Assembly (NCBI GenBank): GCA_003153375.1
Contig: PLYM01000174.1
Span: forward strand, 15,007-79,006
Direction of reading: 5' to 3'
Source of the DNA: Planctomycetaceae bacterium
Lineage (GTDB): Bacteria > Planctomycetota > Planctomycetia > Pirellulales > PALSA-1355
Length of the DNA: 64,000 nucleotides
Position 1 is the first letter of the stretch. Each line of letters begins with the position of its first letter. The position numbers were made by a program, and so were the translations under genes. Below, in pieces: positions 1 to 9,564 of the stretch. Below the pieces are notes generated by a model. That model saw only the letters and a list, made by a program, of their open reading frames with translations, was not told the origin of the DNA and did no database searches.

Positions 1-665
1 GCGCTGACGCAGTCGTAATATTGGGCCCAATCGCGGCGCACCTCGGGCGTGTCGGGATGATAGGCCGGCACGCGGACTTTGGCGGGGTCGTGTACTGCGG
101 TGTGCGGACGCTTGCGAATCTGGCTCTCGTGGCTCTTTTCGGAATTGAAGACTGCGAAGAATGGCTGCCCGCTGGGGCGATCGCGCCAATGAGCCGAGCG
201 CGAGGAAACGTCCCACACCTGGCCCGGCTGACTGAGGTTGTAATCCTCTTTGGCATTGTTCGTGCAAAAGTAGCCGGATGCACGCAGTAATTGCGGAAAC
301 ATTTGCTTGCCGGCCGGGTAGGGGACCAAGCTGCGCATGTGCTCGCTGCCGGTGGAGGGAGCGTAGAGGCCCGAGATCAGTGTCGTGCGGGCCGGCGCGC
401 AAACCGGGGCACAAGACCAGGCATGGCGATAGATCAGGCCCTTGGCCGCCAATGCGTCGATGCTGGGCGTCGTGGCGAACTTGTCGCCGTAACAACCCAG
501 GTGCGGGCCGTGATCCTCGCTGACGATCCAGAGAATGTTCGGTCGAGACGGCGCGGCGGACCGGGCTGCCGACGGCGAGAGCGCTGCCGCGATGGCAACG
601 ATTGCGCCAAGCGGGATGAACACGAGTCGTAATCGAGGTTTCGCACTCACGTCGCGACAGCTCAT
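1..665 (-). CDS. Sulfatase (formylglycine-dependent), N-terminal part only; 3' end lies beyond the window start
   Basis: Not in the ORF track because no stop lies inside the window. My own minus-strand translation from ATG at 665 gives [34 protein letters not shown] (signal peptide) ... [21 protein letters not shown] ... [16 protein letters not shown] (C-x-P-x-R sulfatase signature). The ATG overlaps the TGA of the upstream gene (ATGA at 662-665). Confidence 0.8.
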   Translation of the reverse strand, partial: MSCRDVSAKPRLRLVFIPLGAIVAIAAALSPSAARSAAPSRPNILWIVSEDHGPHLGCYGDKFATTPSIDALAAKGLIYRHAWSCAPVCAPARTTLISGLYAPSTGSEHMRSLVPYPAGKQMFPQLLRASGYFCTNNAKEDYNLSQPGQVWDVSSRSAHWRDRPSGQPFFAVFNSEKSHESQIRKRPHTAVHDPAKVRVPAYHPDTPEVRRDWAQYYDCVS

Positions 666-2272
666 TGCGTCGTTTTCTCCGCGCCGCGGCCTTCGACGCG
701 CTGGCCGCTGGCCCCCGGTGGGTCGTGCTCGGGCACTTTGAGTTCTTGCCTCAGGCGGGTTAGCTCGGCAGCGAGCGTTTTTTGTGTATCGCCATAGCGG
801 GGGTCACCAAAGACGCTGCGCAGCTCGTGTGGATCGTCGATTAGGTCGAACAGCTCCCAATAGTCGGTGTCGGGCCCATAGAAGTGGACCAGCTTGTGGC
901 GGTCGGTGACCACGCCGTAATGCGGGCGGACATGGTGTGGGGTGGGATACTCGTAGTAGTGGTAATAGAACGACTTTCGCCAGTCGGCGGGGGTGTGGCC
1001 CTCGAACACGGGCACCAGGCTACGGCCTTGCATCTCGGGCGCGGGTGCCGCGCCGGCCAGGTCGAGAAACGTCTGGGCGAAGTCGAGATTCGATACCAGC
1101 TCGTGATTGACGCTACCTGGCTTGATCTTGCCTGGCCAGCGGACCAAGAGCGGGGTGCGCAGCGATTCCTCGAAAATCCACCGCTTGTCGAACCAGCCAT
1201 GCTCGCCCAAGTAAAAGCCCTGGTCCGAGCAGTAAATGACGATCGTGTTGTCGGCCAGCCCTTCGGCATCGAGAAACTTGAGCACGCGGCCGACACTTTC
1301 GTTGACTGCCTTGACGCAGCCGAGGTAGTCGTGCATGTAGCGCTGATAGCGCCACCGCACCAGGTCGCGGCCGCGCGGCTTGGACTGACGAAACTTCTCA
1401 TTGCGAGGCTCGTAATAGGCGTCCCACGCCGTCCGCTGTTCGGCATTCAGTTGCGGTGGCGGCGTGAGCTTCAGATCCTTGGCATTCATCGTGTGCTCAA
1501 TGGTCATCTGCTGATCGCGCTCGGCCAGGCCACGACCGGCATAGTCGTCGAAAAACGTCGCGGGTTCGGCATAAACCCGGTCGTGGTCGTGACCCAAGTG
1601 TCGCAAGGCCGGCTCCCATTCGCGGTGAGGGGCCTTGTGTTGGCACATCAGCAGGAACGGCTTCGCCGGGTCGCGCTGCTTGAGCCAGGCCAGTGACAGA
1701 TCCGTGATCAAGTCGGTCACATAGCCCTGATGCTCGACGCGACGACCGTTGTCGATCATCGTCGGATTGTAGTACACACCCTGGCCAGGCAAGATGTGCC
1801 AGTAGTCAAAGCCCGTCGGTTCGCTCACCAGATGCCACTTGCCGACGATCGCGGTTTGATAGCCGGCGCCGCGGAGCAGTTTGGGAAAGGTCGTTTGGCT
1901 GCCATCGAAGCGGCTGTTCGAGTTGTTGAAGAAGCCGTTGAGGTGCGAATACTTGCCGGTCAGAATCGTCGCCCGGCTGGGGCCGCAGATCGAGTTGGTC
2001 ACCAGGCAGCGATTGAATCGCATGCCCTCGGCGGCCAGCGAGTCGAAATTCGGCGTGTCGAGCAGCTTGCGCTTTTCGCCATAGGCGCTGATCGATTGCC
2101 AGGCATGGTCATCGGAGAAGATGAACACGATATTCGGCCGTCGCGCGTCGGCCGCTGGCGCCCGTGAGACAGGCAAGGCAACCGCCAGGCCGCAAGCGGC
2201 GAACGTCAGGAGCAGCAGGGAGCGCAGCGACAGATTCGCAAACGGCATGGTGCGTACAGTCCAAAAGACCAT
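662..2272 (-). CDS. Sulfatase (arylsulfatase A family), secreted
   Basis: 536 aa ORF with a signal peptide. [20 protein letters not shown] metal-binding N-terminus and [19 protein letters not shown]-x-P-x-R signature. Alternative ATG at 2248. Confidence 0.9.
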   Translation of the reverse strand: MVFWTVRTMPFANLSLRSLLLLTFAACGLAVALPVSRAPAADARRPNIVFIFSDDHAWQSISAYGEKRKLLDTPNFDSLAAEGMRFNRCLVTNSICGPSRATILTGKYSHLNGFFNNSNSRFDGSQTTFPKLLRGAGYQTAIVGKWHLVSEPTGFDYWHILPGQGVYYNPTMIDNGRRVEHQGYVTDLITDLSLAWLKQRDPAKPFLLMCQHKAPHREWEPALRHLGHDHDRVYAEPATFFDDYAGRGLAERDQQMTIEHTMNAKDLKLTPPPQLNAEQRTAWDAYYEPRNEKFRQSKPRGRDLVRWRYQRYMHDYLGCVKAVNESVGRVLKFLDAEGLADNTIVIYCSDQGFYLGEHGWFDKRWIFEESLRTPLLVRWPGKIKPGSVNHELVSNLDFAQTFLDLAGAAPAPEMQGRSLVPVFEGHTPADWRKSFYYHYYEYPTPHHVRPHYGVVTDRHKLVHFYGPDTDYWELFDLIDDPHELRSVFGDPRYGDTQKTLAAELTRLRQELKVPEHDPPGASGQRVEGRGAEKTTQ

Positions 2273-2315
2273 GGAAAGTTGATTCCGACAGTCGCCGTGC
2301 CCTCGGCGCGCGTTC

Positions 2316-3680
2316 TCAAGACGCCGGTTTTGGATTCGAGGCGGTAAAATCCACGGGGTCGTTGTATTCGTGCCGGGCTCGAGTCATTCGCTCTTCAAGA
2401 CTCGCCCGCTCGGCGGCAAATCGCGGGTCGTCGGCCAAGTTGTGCAACTCGTCGGGATCGCGAGACAGGTCGAAGAGCTGTGAGTGCTTGACGCCCGACA
2501 CGTTGTATTCGATCAGCTTCCAGCGCTCGTCGCGCAGCATGCGCTGCGTGTGCATAAACGCCGCCAGCAGCTCGTCGCGCCCGCGCTGTTCGCGGCCTTG
2601 CACGATGCCGAGCAAGGAGTGTCCTTCAAGACTTTTGGGCGTCGGCGCCCCCGCGAGTTCGCAGAACGTGGGGTACAGATCAAACAGATAGACCAGCGCG
2701 TCGGACTTGCCGCGCGGAATGCCGGGGCCGGCGAAGATCAACGGTGGCTTCACGTGTTCGTAAAGGTTTTGCTTGCCCATCAGCCCGTGGCGTCCGCCGA
2801 CGGCCAGGCCTTGGTCGCTCGAGTAGACGACGATCGTATTGTCCAACAGGCCGCGCTCACGCAGCAGGTCGAGGATGCGGCCCACCTGCTGGTCGAAATG
2901 GGAAATCGTCGCGTAGTAATCGGCCAGGTGCTGACGCATCACCTCGGGCGTGCGCGGATGGGGAGCCAGGACTTCGTCGCGGCCGGTCAGCCAGCCGTTG
3001 TCGAAAGGATGCTGGGCGAGAAAGTTCGGCGACAGCTTGATTGTGGCCGGATCGTAAAGCCGCGTGAACTCCGCGGGCGCCAACCGCGGGTCGTGCGGCA
3101 CCGGGGGCGCGAGGTAGATGAAGAACGGCCGCTGGGGGTCGTGCCCACGCAGAAACGTGAGCGTATGGTCGGCGCTATCCGTGGCCGACTCGGCGGTACG
3201 GCCGTCGAGCTCGATGTTCGTGGCATAGGTGGCATTGGCGTAGGAACATTCGTTGCCACGCTTGCCGCAGTGAAACGTGACGTAGCCAGCGCCGGCCATC
3301 GACAGCGGCAACAGCGGCATGCCCGGGGGCGCCGTTTTCGTGGTTTTCCAATCGGGTATGTGCCACAGCGACCGTCCCGTGGCGATCATCGTGCGGCTGG
3401 GCGTACACACGGCCGCGATCATGCCGCCCATGCAATAGGCATTCGTGAAATGAAAGCCACGCTCGACCAGGCCATCGAGTTGCGGCGTCTGAATCTCCTG
3501 ATTTCCCAATGCCCGAATCGTATCCCAACGCTGGTCGTCGGCCAGGAGGAAGAGAATATTGGGCTGTCTTGGCTTAATGTCCGCGGCCGACGCGGGATGG
3601 GCGATCGCCGGGCCCAAAAGAAGCGGCAGCAGGGCGATCGCCAGGAAACGTCGTGTGCGGCAGCAGGGCGTCGTCATCAT
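2316..3680 (-). CDS. Sulfatase, secreted
   Basis: 454 aa with a signal peptide. PNILFLLADDQRWDTIRALGN and CTPSRTMIATG signature. The start overlaps the stop of the upstream gene by 4 nt. Confidence 0.9.
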   Translation of the reverse strand: MMTTPCCRTRRFLAIALLPLLLGPAIAHPASAADIKPRQPNILFLLADDQRWDTIRALGNQEIQTPQLDGLVERGFHFTNAYCMGGMIAAVCTPSRTMIATGRSLWHIPDWKTTKTAPPGMPLLPLSMAGAGYVTFHCGKRGNECSYANATYATNIELDGRTAESATDSADHTLTFLRGHDPQRPFFIYLAPPVPHDPRLAPAEFTRLYDPATIKLSPNFLAQHPFDNGWLTGRDEVLAPHPRTPEVMRQHLADYYATISHFDQQVGRILDLLRERGLLDNTIVVYSSDQGLAVGGRHGLMGKQNLYEHVKPPLIFAGPGIPRGKSDALVYLFDLYPTFCELAGAPTPKSLEGHSLLGIVQGREQRGRDELLAAFMHTQRMLRDERWKLIEYNVSGVKHSQLFDLSRDPDELHNLADDPRFAAERASLEERMTRARHEYNDPVDFTASNPKPAS

Positions 3681-5002
3681 TTGCCAGTCAATGCGCTCAG
3701 GTCGACTTCGACGAAACGGGGACGATAGATACTGGCGTCGTTGACCATCTTGCCAAAGTTATGGGAGTTGATCAGATAGCTGATCAAGAGCTTGCCGCTG
3801 GCCGACAGATGCGGGTGGGCCTTGGCCGCATACGTAAAGTAGTCGCGGTCGGCTTCGATGCCGGCCACCTGATAGATCGGAAGGCCATCGCCCCAACGGG
3901 CATCGGGCGTCTCGGCGATGCGCGCCAGGATCTGTTTGCCGAACAGAGGCTGACTTTGGATCATGACATATCGAGACTTACCGGCCAGCTCGACAGGGCT
4001 GACGGAGAACTCGCTCACCAGGCCGTCGGCCCGCGACGCCGCGTCGTCGAGTCGGCTCGACCAACCTTCGACCGTGCGAAACTCCCATTGGGTAAAATCC
4101 TCGACCCGGTCGGCCGGCACGCGAGCGAGCACTAGTTCAGTGTTGAACCCGCCGCCACGCGTGCCGTAGATGTAGAGCCAGGGCGTCAAATGCTCTTCGG
4201 GTTGGGTCGCGCGCGGCACCAACAGCAGGGCCGAGCCCCAACTGATCGGCTGGCCCGGCGGCGGCGTTTCGCGGACAACGTTGCCGCTAGCGTGGGGGAT
4301 GTCGTGCTGCGCGATCTGCCACTCGTCAACCGACTCGTTCGAGTTGTCGACGACGGCCAGTGCATTGCCGGCCGTGCAGAAATTCCAAACGCCATCGCCC
4401 TTGGTGCGAGCGATATGCCAGGCGAACAAAACCAGCCGCGGGTTTGCCTGCGCATCGGGAAGAACGATGCCGTTGACCAGCCAGTACCAGGAAGGATCAT
4501 CCGTGCCATTTTTTGGCAAGCGGGGCGTCACGCGCGATACGTCGGGCCGCAGCCAGGCGGTCGGCTCGCTCTTCTCGTTCGCCGGGCCCCAGAAGAATTG
4601 GACCGCGTCAGCTGGCGGAGCCGCGCCGCCGATCATCGTGTCGTGAACGGCCAGTGAATTGTTGACCAATCGCGAGCCGGCCGCGTGTTTTCCTGCGCGG
4701 ACCGGGCCGACCCAACTGTCGCCCCAGATCCACAGCGTCCGCTGATTGCCCAGGTCCACGGCCTCGGCCACGTCGCCGCCGGTCCACCCGTCGGTGCGTT
4801 GGAACGCGCGGTCCCAATCCTCGCGTGGTTCGGTCGTGGGCGGTGGCGCAAGAATCGGCCGATTGGCTTCGACCGTGATCGGCCCCTGACCGCAGCCGGC
4901 GATCACGATGCCGAGCAACAATCCTCCGATCGCGCAATGCAGGCGATGAGACGGGAAAGCGACCTGCCGTGGCCGTGCGGGGGCGGTGCGGGGGGCGTTC
5001 AT
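3677..5002 (-). CDS. Secreted lipoprotein of unknown function, possibly a DUF4185-like (beta-propeller glycoside-hydrolase-like) protein
   Basis: 441 aa with lipobox-like VIAGCGQG. The segment DGWTGGDVAEAVDLGNQRTLWIWGDSWVG resembles the N-terminal motif of DUF4185-type proteins (recalled, not searched). Embedded between sulfatase genes with ATGA overlaps on both sides. Confidence 0.55.
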   Translation of the reverse strand: MNAPRTAPARPRQVAFPSHRLHCAIGGLLLGIVIAGCGQGPITVEANRPILAPPPTTEPREDWDRAFQRTDGWTGGDVAEAVDLGNQRTLWIWGDSWVGPVRAGKHAAGSRLVNNSLAVHDTMIGGAAPPADAVQFFWGPANEKSEPTAWLRPDVSRVTPRLPKNGTDDPSWYWLVNGIVLPDAQANPRLVLFAWHIARTKGDGVWNFCTAGNALAVVDNSNESVDEWQIAQHDIPHASGNVVRETPPPGQPISWGSALLLVPRATQPEEHLTPWLYIYGTRGGGFNTELVLARVPADRVEDFTQWEFRTVEGWSSRLDDAASRADGLVSEFSVSPVELAGKSRYVMIQSQPLFGKQILARIAETPDARWGDGLPIYQVAGIEADRDYFTYAAKAHPHLSASGKLLISYLINSHNFGKMVNDASIYRPRFVEVDLSALTGK

Positions 5003-6354
5003 TTCGTGCGGCCACCGGGTCCCCAGGCGGGCGAGGCCATTTGGTTGCTCCAGGCTTGCCAGCGCATCTCCAGCTTTTTGACGGTGTCGGGCTGCTCGGC
5101 CGTCAGGTCGTGGGCCTCACCGACGTCGTGCGCCAAGTCGTAAAGCCGAGGCGGCGTGACGGCGCCGCCGGTCTCTCCGTCGGCGGTCGAGTCGTAACGC
5201 ACCAATTTCCAGTCGCCGTCGCGGATTGCCATTTGCTCGCCCAGCCGCCAATACAACGTCTCGTGCGGTTTGGCCGCTGTCTCACCTGACAAAAACGGCA
5301 ACAGGTTGACTCCGTCGAGCTTCTGATTCGGCTGCGCGGCGATTCCAGCCGCCGCCAGCGCCGTGGGCTGGATGTCGAGCTGAATGATCGGCTGATCGTA
5401 GACCTTGCCGGCCGACAGACGGGCGGGCCACTGCACGACAAACGGCACGCGGACGCCCCCCTCGAGCGTCGTTCGCTTCGAGCCACGCAGCGGCGTGTTC
5501 CGAGAGCCGTTGATCGTGGTGCCCTTCATGGTCGGGCCACCGTTGTCGCTGAAGAAGAAGATCAACGTGTCGCGATCCAACCCCTCAGCGTGCAACTTGC
5601 CGAGCACCTGGCCGATGGCTTCGTCCATGGCCACGAGCATGGCGGCATAGGTGCGGCGTTTCGGGTCGTCGATCGACTCAAATCGCTTCAGTCGTTCATC
5701 GGTCGCCTGCATCGGCGTGTGGACGGCGTTGAAGGCCAAATAGAGAAAGAACGGCCGGCTTTTGTGCCGATCGATGAACGCGACCGCCTCGCGGCCAAAG
5801 GCATCTGTCAGATAACCCGTTTCCCCGGTGGCCTTATCGCCACGATAAACGTCGGTCAGCGGTTGCGGGAAGTATGCGTGGGCTCCGCCGAGGAAACCGA
5901 AGAAGTCGCCAAAGCCGCGCTGCGGTGGGCGAAATTTGGGCAGTCCCCCCAGGTGCCATTTGCCGACGAGTCCCGTGGCATAGCCGGCATCAGCGAACCG
6001 CTCGGCCATCGTGGTCTCGGTCAGAGCCAGGCCGCTGTCTTCGGTGGAGGGATTGAATTCGTGACCGAACCGCTGTTGATACCTGCCGGTCAACAGCCCC
6101 GCACGCGTCGGACTGCAATAAGGCCCGGAAACATAGCCGTTGGTACAGCGAACACCGTTTTGGGCCAGCGAGTCAATATGCGGCGTGGGAATATCGCGGC
6201 AGCCCTGAAAGCCGACGTCGGCGTAGCCCAAGTCGTCGGCCAACAGAATGACAACGTTGGGTTTTTTCGCCCCCTGGGGCGCGGGTTCGGCGGCCTGACA
6301 GGCGATGTGGAGCGCGAGTACGAGGCAGGGGCTTACGAACAGGTATTTTTGCAT
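4999..6354 (-). CDS. Arylsulfatase, secreted
   Basis: The track ORF runs 4999-6699, but the signal peptide MQKYLFVSPCLVLALHIACQAA starts at the internal ATG at 6354. KKPNVVILLADDLGYADVG and CSPTRAGLLTGRYQQRFGHE signature. Confidence 0.9.
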   Translation of the reverse strand: MQKYLFVSPCLVLALHIACQAAEPAPQGAKKPNVVILLADDLGYADVGFQGCRDIPTPHIDSLAQNGVRCTNGYVSGPYCSPTRAGLLTGRYQQRFGHEFNPSTEDSGLALTETTMAERFADAGYATGLVGKWHLGGLPKFRPPQRGFGDFFGFLGGAHAYFPQPLTDVYRGDKATGETGYLTDAFGREAVAFIDRHKSRPFFLYLAFNAVHTPMQATDERLKRFESIDDPKRRTYAAMLVAMDEAIGQVLGKLHAEGLDRDTLIFFFSDNGGPTMKGTTINGSRNTPLRGSKRTTLEGGVRVPFVVQWPARLSAGKVYDQPIIQLDIQPTALAAAGIAAQPNQKLDGVNLLPFLSGETAAKPHETLYWRLGEQMAIRDGDWKLVRYDSTADGETGGAVTPPRLYDLAHDVGEAHDLTAEQPDTVKKLEMRWQAWSNQMASPAWGPGGRTK

Positions 6355-6707
6355 GGCATCAGCATACACGGCAAGAAAGCCGCGTCCAACAACCCGCCCC
6401 CTCCGCACCGGGACGGCGGGAAATCGTTGCAATAACCGCCGCGGTGCGCTACGAATTTCGTGTGGGTGCCAGGCGAAACCGCGGCCGACCAAGGACCGGA
6501 GTCGGACCCGATCGCTCGGCCCTATCGAACGCCGCTCGGACATCACACGCTCGTGCTTCCACATCTCGAATTGTCCAGCGGAAACTGTAGAAAATAGAAG
6601 AAACGGGTAAGCCGACGGGCGGATGTCAAGGGCCTGCGCTGCCCTTCGCCAAAATTTGTCTGGCGAAGGTATTTTGTCGCGAGACCATCCGCGCGACACA
6701 GGCTACA

Positions 6708-9485
6708 ATGATACGAACGTCAGATCGTCGCAGTGTGCTCCGCACTCCGATCCAGACGGGCGTCACGGCTTCACTTCAGCGACTTCGGCCCCTCGGGCGA
6801 CCGGCGTTAACCGATCTTACACGCATCTCGAGACGTATCCACTTGGCAACGTTTGGCGAAGCGATTCAGCGTGCTCGACAGCTTCTCGGCGGGGGCGACC
6901 TCGACCAGGCCGAGCAAATCTATCGCCGCTTGATCGAAGCGGTGCCCAAGGCAGCCGATCCATGGCACGAGTTGGGCATCGCTCAATTGCAAGCCAATCG
7001 CCCCGGAGCGGCCGTCGAGTACCTGCGCCAAGCCGTGGCGCTTGAACCGGGCACCGCGGCTTATCACGTCAACCTGGCAGCGGCTTATCGGATGCTGAAG
7101 CGACCTGGCGACGCGATTGCCAGCTTTCAGCGTGCGCTCAAGCTCGCGCCGCCAACGGCCGAATTGCTGAACAACTTTGCTCTGGCTCTCAAGGACACTG
7201 GCCAGGCGGAAATGGCGCTCGGCGCCTTCGATGAAGCCTTGCGCATTCGTCCGCAATATGCCAACGGCCACTTCAATCGCGGCAATCTGTTGGCCGAGAT
7301 GGGCCGGTTGGAAGAGGCGTCGGTCAGTTATGCCAGCGCCGTCGAGCTGGAGCCGGACGACGCGGCGGCGCACTGCAAACTGGGCCTGGTTTATCTCGAA
7401 TTGGGGCAACTGGCCGAAGTGCCGCCCACCGTGCCGGCGCGGCAGCGCGCGATGATTGCCGCGGCGGCCGATTCGTTGCGCCAGGCGATGCTCCTTGACC
7501 CCCATTATGCCGGCGCGCACGCCGATTTCGTCGCCTTGCTCGAGCAGCAAGGTTGGATCGCCGAAGCGATCGATTGCTGGCAGAACCTGTTGCAGCACCG
7601 GCCTCACGATGCGGCGGCCTACAACAACCTGGGCGCCTTGCTGGCGACCCATGGGCAGTGCGACGAGGCGGCCCAATGTTGGCGGCGGGCTTTGGAATTG
7701 AAGCCCGACTTTGCCGAAGCCCACAATAACCTGGCGGCGCTGCTCGAAAGCCAGGATCAATTGGACGAGGCCGAGCGGAATTGTCGCCGCGCCATCGCCC
7801 TTCGGCCCGATTTTGCCGAGGCGCACGGCAATCTTGCGGGCGTCCTGACCCGGCAGAACAAGCTGGTCGAAGCGGTCGCGGCCTATCGCCGCGCCTTGGA
7901 ACTGCGGCCCGATTTTGCCGAAATGTACAACAATCTAGGCGGGGTCCTGGAGAAGGTTGGCCAATTCGACGAAGCGGCCGATTGCAGCCGGCGGGCGCTC
8001 GAGATCAAGCCCCACCTGGCCGAAGCCACAATCAACCTGGGCATGCTGTTGGCCGAGCAAGGCAAGGTGGCCGAAGCCCGCGAGTGCTATCGGCAGGCGC
8101 TCGAGATCGCGCCCGACAATCCGGTCTGGAAGCTGAGCCTGCTCTCGCTATGTCCTAATGTGTTCAACAGTAATGAGGAAATCGACAACTATCGTCAGCG
8201 GCTGCTGGCCGAGCTCGAGGCGTTCGATGCCGGTACGATCGGCCACGATTTTCCCAGCCAGGCGACTTTGGGCTGCATGCCGTCGTTCAACTTGCAGTAT
8301 CAGGGAAGAGACGACCGGAAAATCCGAGCCGCCTATGCGCGGTTATTTCGAAATTGCTTCGCGAGCGAGCAACCGCGGGGATCGACAGGGCCCGCGAAAA
8401 TCGGATTCGTGGTCACCAATCGGCACGAACGGGCCTTTGTGAAGTCGATCGGCGCTGTGCTCGAACGCATGAATCCCGAGCGATTCGAGTTGGTCGTGTT
8501 CGGCGCGGAACGCGGCGTGAGCGGTTTACGCGAGGCTGTTCGTGGCGAGCATATTCGCTTTGTCAGCCTTCCCAGTCAACTCGAGCGATCCGCCGCGACG
8601 ATTCGAGAAGAACGGCTCGACGTGCTGTACTACTGGGAGATCGGCACCGACTTCACAAATTATTTTTTGCCTTATTATCGCCTGGCACCGGTGCAGTGCA
8701 CGTCCTGGGGTATTCAGGTAACTTCCGGCATCCCGCAGGTCGACTTTTATCTGTCGAGCGCGCTGCTTGAGCCGGCGGACGCCGCCGAACAATACAGCGA
8801 ACAACTCGTGCTCGCCAGCACGCTCTTGACGTTTCAGCAGCGCGTTGCCGTGAGCGCGTCGCCCAAGACGCGCGAGGACTTTGGTCTGTCCAGCGACCGG
8901 CACGTCTACTTGTGCGTGCAGCAGCTGCGGAAATTCCACCCCGACTTTGATGCACTGTTGGCCGGCATTCTGCGACGTGATCCGCAAGGGATCGTCGTGA
9001 CGGCCGACGACCGTCACGGAGACTTCCTGGGCGCTCAGCTTCGTCGGCGTTTTGTCGCCACGATGCCTGATGTCGCCGAGCGAATCGTGTTTCTGCCGCC
9101 ACAACCGCCGGACGACTATCTGAGCCTGGTTGCGGCGGCCGACGTGCTGCTCGACCCACTGCACTACGGAGGAGTCAACTCGAGCTACGACGGGTTTTCG
9201 CTCGGTCAGCCGATCGTGACGCTGCCTGCTGGCTGTCAGCGTGGCCGTTATACGTTGGCCTGCTACAAGAAGATGGGAATCGCCGATTGCGTGGCCACGG
9301 ATGCCGAGCACTACGTCGAAATCGCGTTGAGGTTGGGCACCGATCCGGCGTTTCGCGCGGAAGTCATCGAGAAGATTCGCCGCGCCAGCCCGCTATTGTT
9401 TGACGATCTCGCGGCCGTTAGCGAACACGAGCGCATCTTCGCCGAATTGGCGACGGAGGCCCGCTCGCGCGCTCACGGCGCTTAA
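6708..9485 (+). CDS. TPR-repeat protein with C-terminal GT41 (O-GlcNAc transferase / SPINDLY-like) glycosyltransferase domain, paralogue 1
   Basis: 925 aa. The N-terminal ~480 aa are consecutive 34-aa TPR units (AEAHNNLAALL..., AEAHGNLAGVL..., AEMYNNLGGVL...). The C-terminal part parallels human OGT catalytic lobes (AEQYSEQLVL vs OGT AEQYSEKLAY; QQLRKFHPDF vs NQLYKIDP; LDPLHYGGVNSSYDGFSLGQPIVTLP). The start is uncertain because similarity to the paralogues begins near residue 47. Confidence 0.85.
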   Translation: MIRTSDRRSVLRTPIQTGVTASLQRLRPLGRPALTDLTRISRRIHLATFGEAIQRARQLLGGGDLDQAEQIYRRLIEAVPKAADPWHELGIAQLQANRPGAAVEYLRQAVALEPGTAAYHVNLAAAYRMLKRPGDAIASFQRALKLAPPTAELLNNFALALKDTGQAEMALGAFDEALRIRPQYANGHFNRGNLLAEMGRLEEASVSYASAVELEPDDAAAHCKLGLVYLELGQLAEVPPTVPARQRAMIAAAADSLRQAMLLDPHYAGAHADFVALLEQQGWIAEAIDCWQNLLQHRPHDAAAYNNLGALLATHGQCDEAAQCWRRALELKPDFAEAHNNLAALLESQDQLDEAERNCRRAIALRPDFAEAHGNLAGVLTRQNKLVEAVAAYRRALELRPDFAEMYNNLGGVLEKVGQFDEAADCSRRALEIKPHLAEATINLGMLLAEQGKVAEARECYRQALEIAPDNPVWKLSLLSLCPNVFNSNEEIDNYRQRLLAELEAFDAGTIGHDFPSQATLGCMPSFNLQYQGRDDRKIRAAYARLFRNCFASEQPRGSTGPAKIGFVVTNRHERAFVKSIGAVLERMNPERFELVVFGAERGVSGLREAVRGEHIRFVSLPSQLERSAATIREERLDVLYYWEIGTDFTNYFLPYYRLAPVQCTSWGIQVTSGIPQVDFYLSSALLEPADAAEQYSEQLVLASTLLTFQQRVAVSASPKTREDFGLSSDRHVYLCVQQLRKFHPDFDALLAGILRRDPQGIVVTADDRHGDFLGAQLRRRFVATMPDVAERIVFLPPQPPDDYLSLVAAADVLLDPLHYGGVNSSYDGFSLGQPIVTLPAGCQRGRYTLACYKKMGIADCVATDAEHYVEIALRLGTDPAFRAEVIEKIRRASPLLFDDLAAVSEHERIFAELATEARSRAHGA

Positions 9486-9564
9486 CCGTTCGCGCACGTC
9501 GGCGCCGACACGTCGCCGAGCGCGGCTGGCGAACCCTTGCACCTGGCAGTGTTGCGCATGAGAA

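Noticed and set aside
6355-6699. 115-codon N-terminal extension of the sulfatase ORF (track start 6699)
   Set aside because: The extension has no signal peptide and is Arg-rich. The internal ATG at 6354 gives a canonical signal peptide directly followed by the sulfatase core, and leaves a sensible divergent promoter region.
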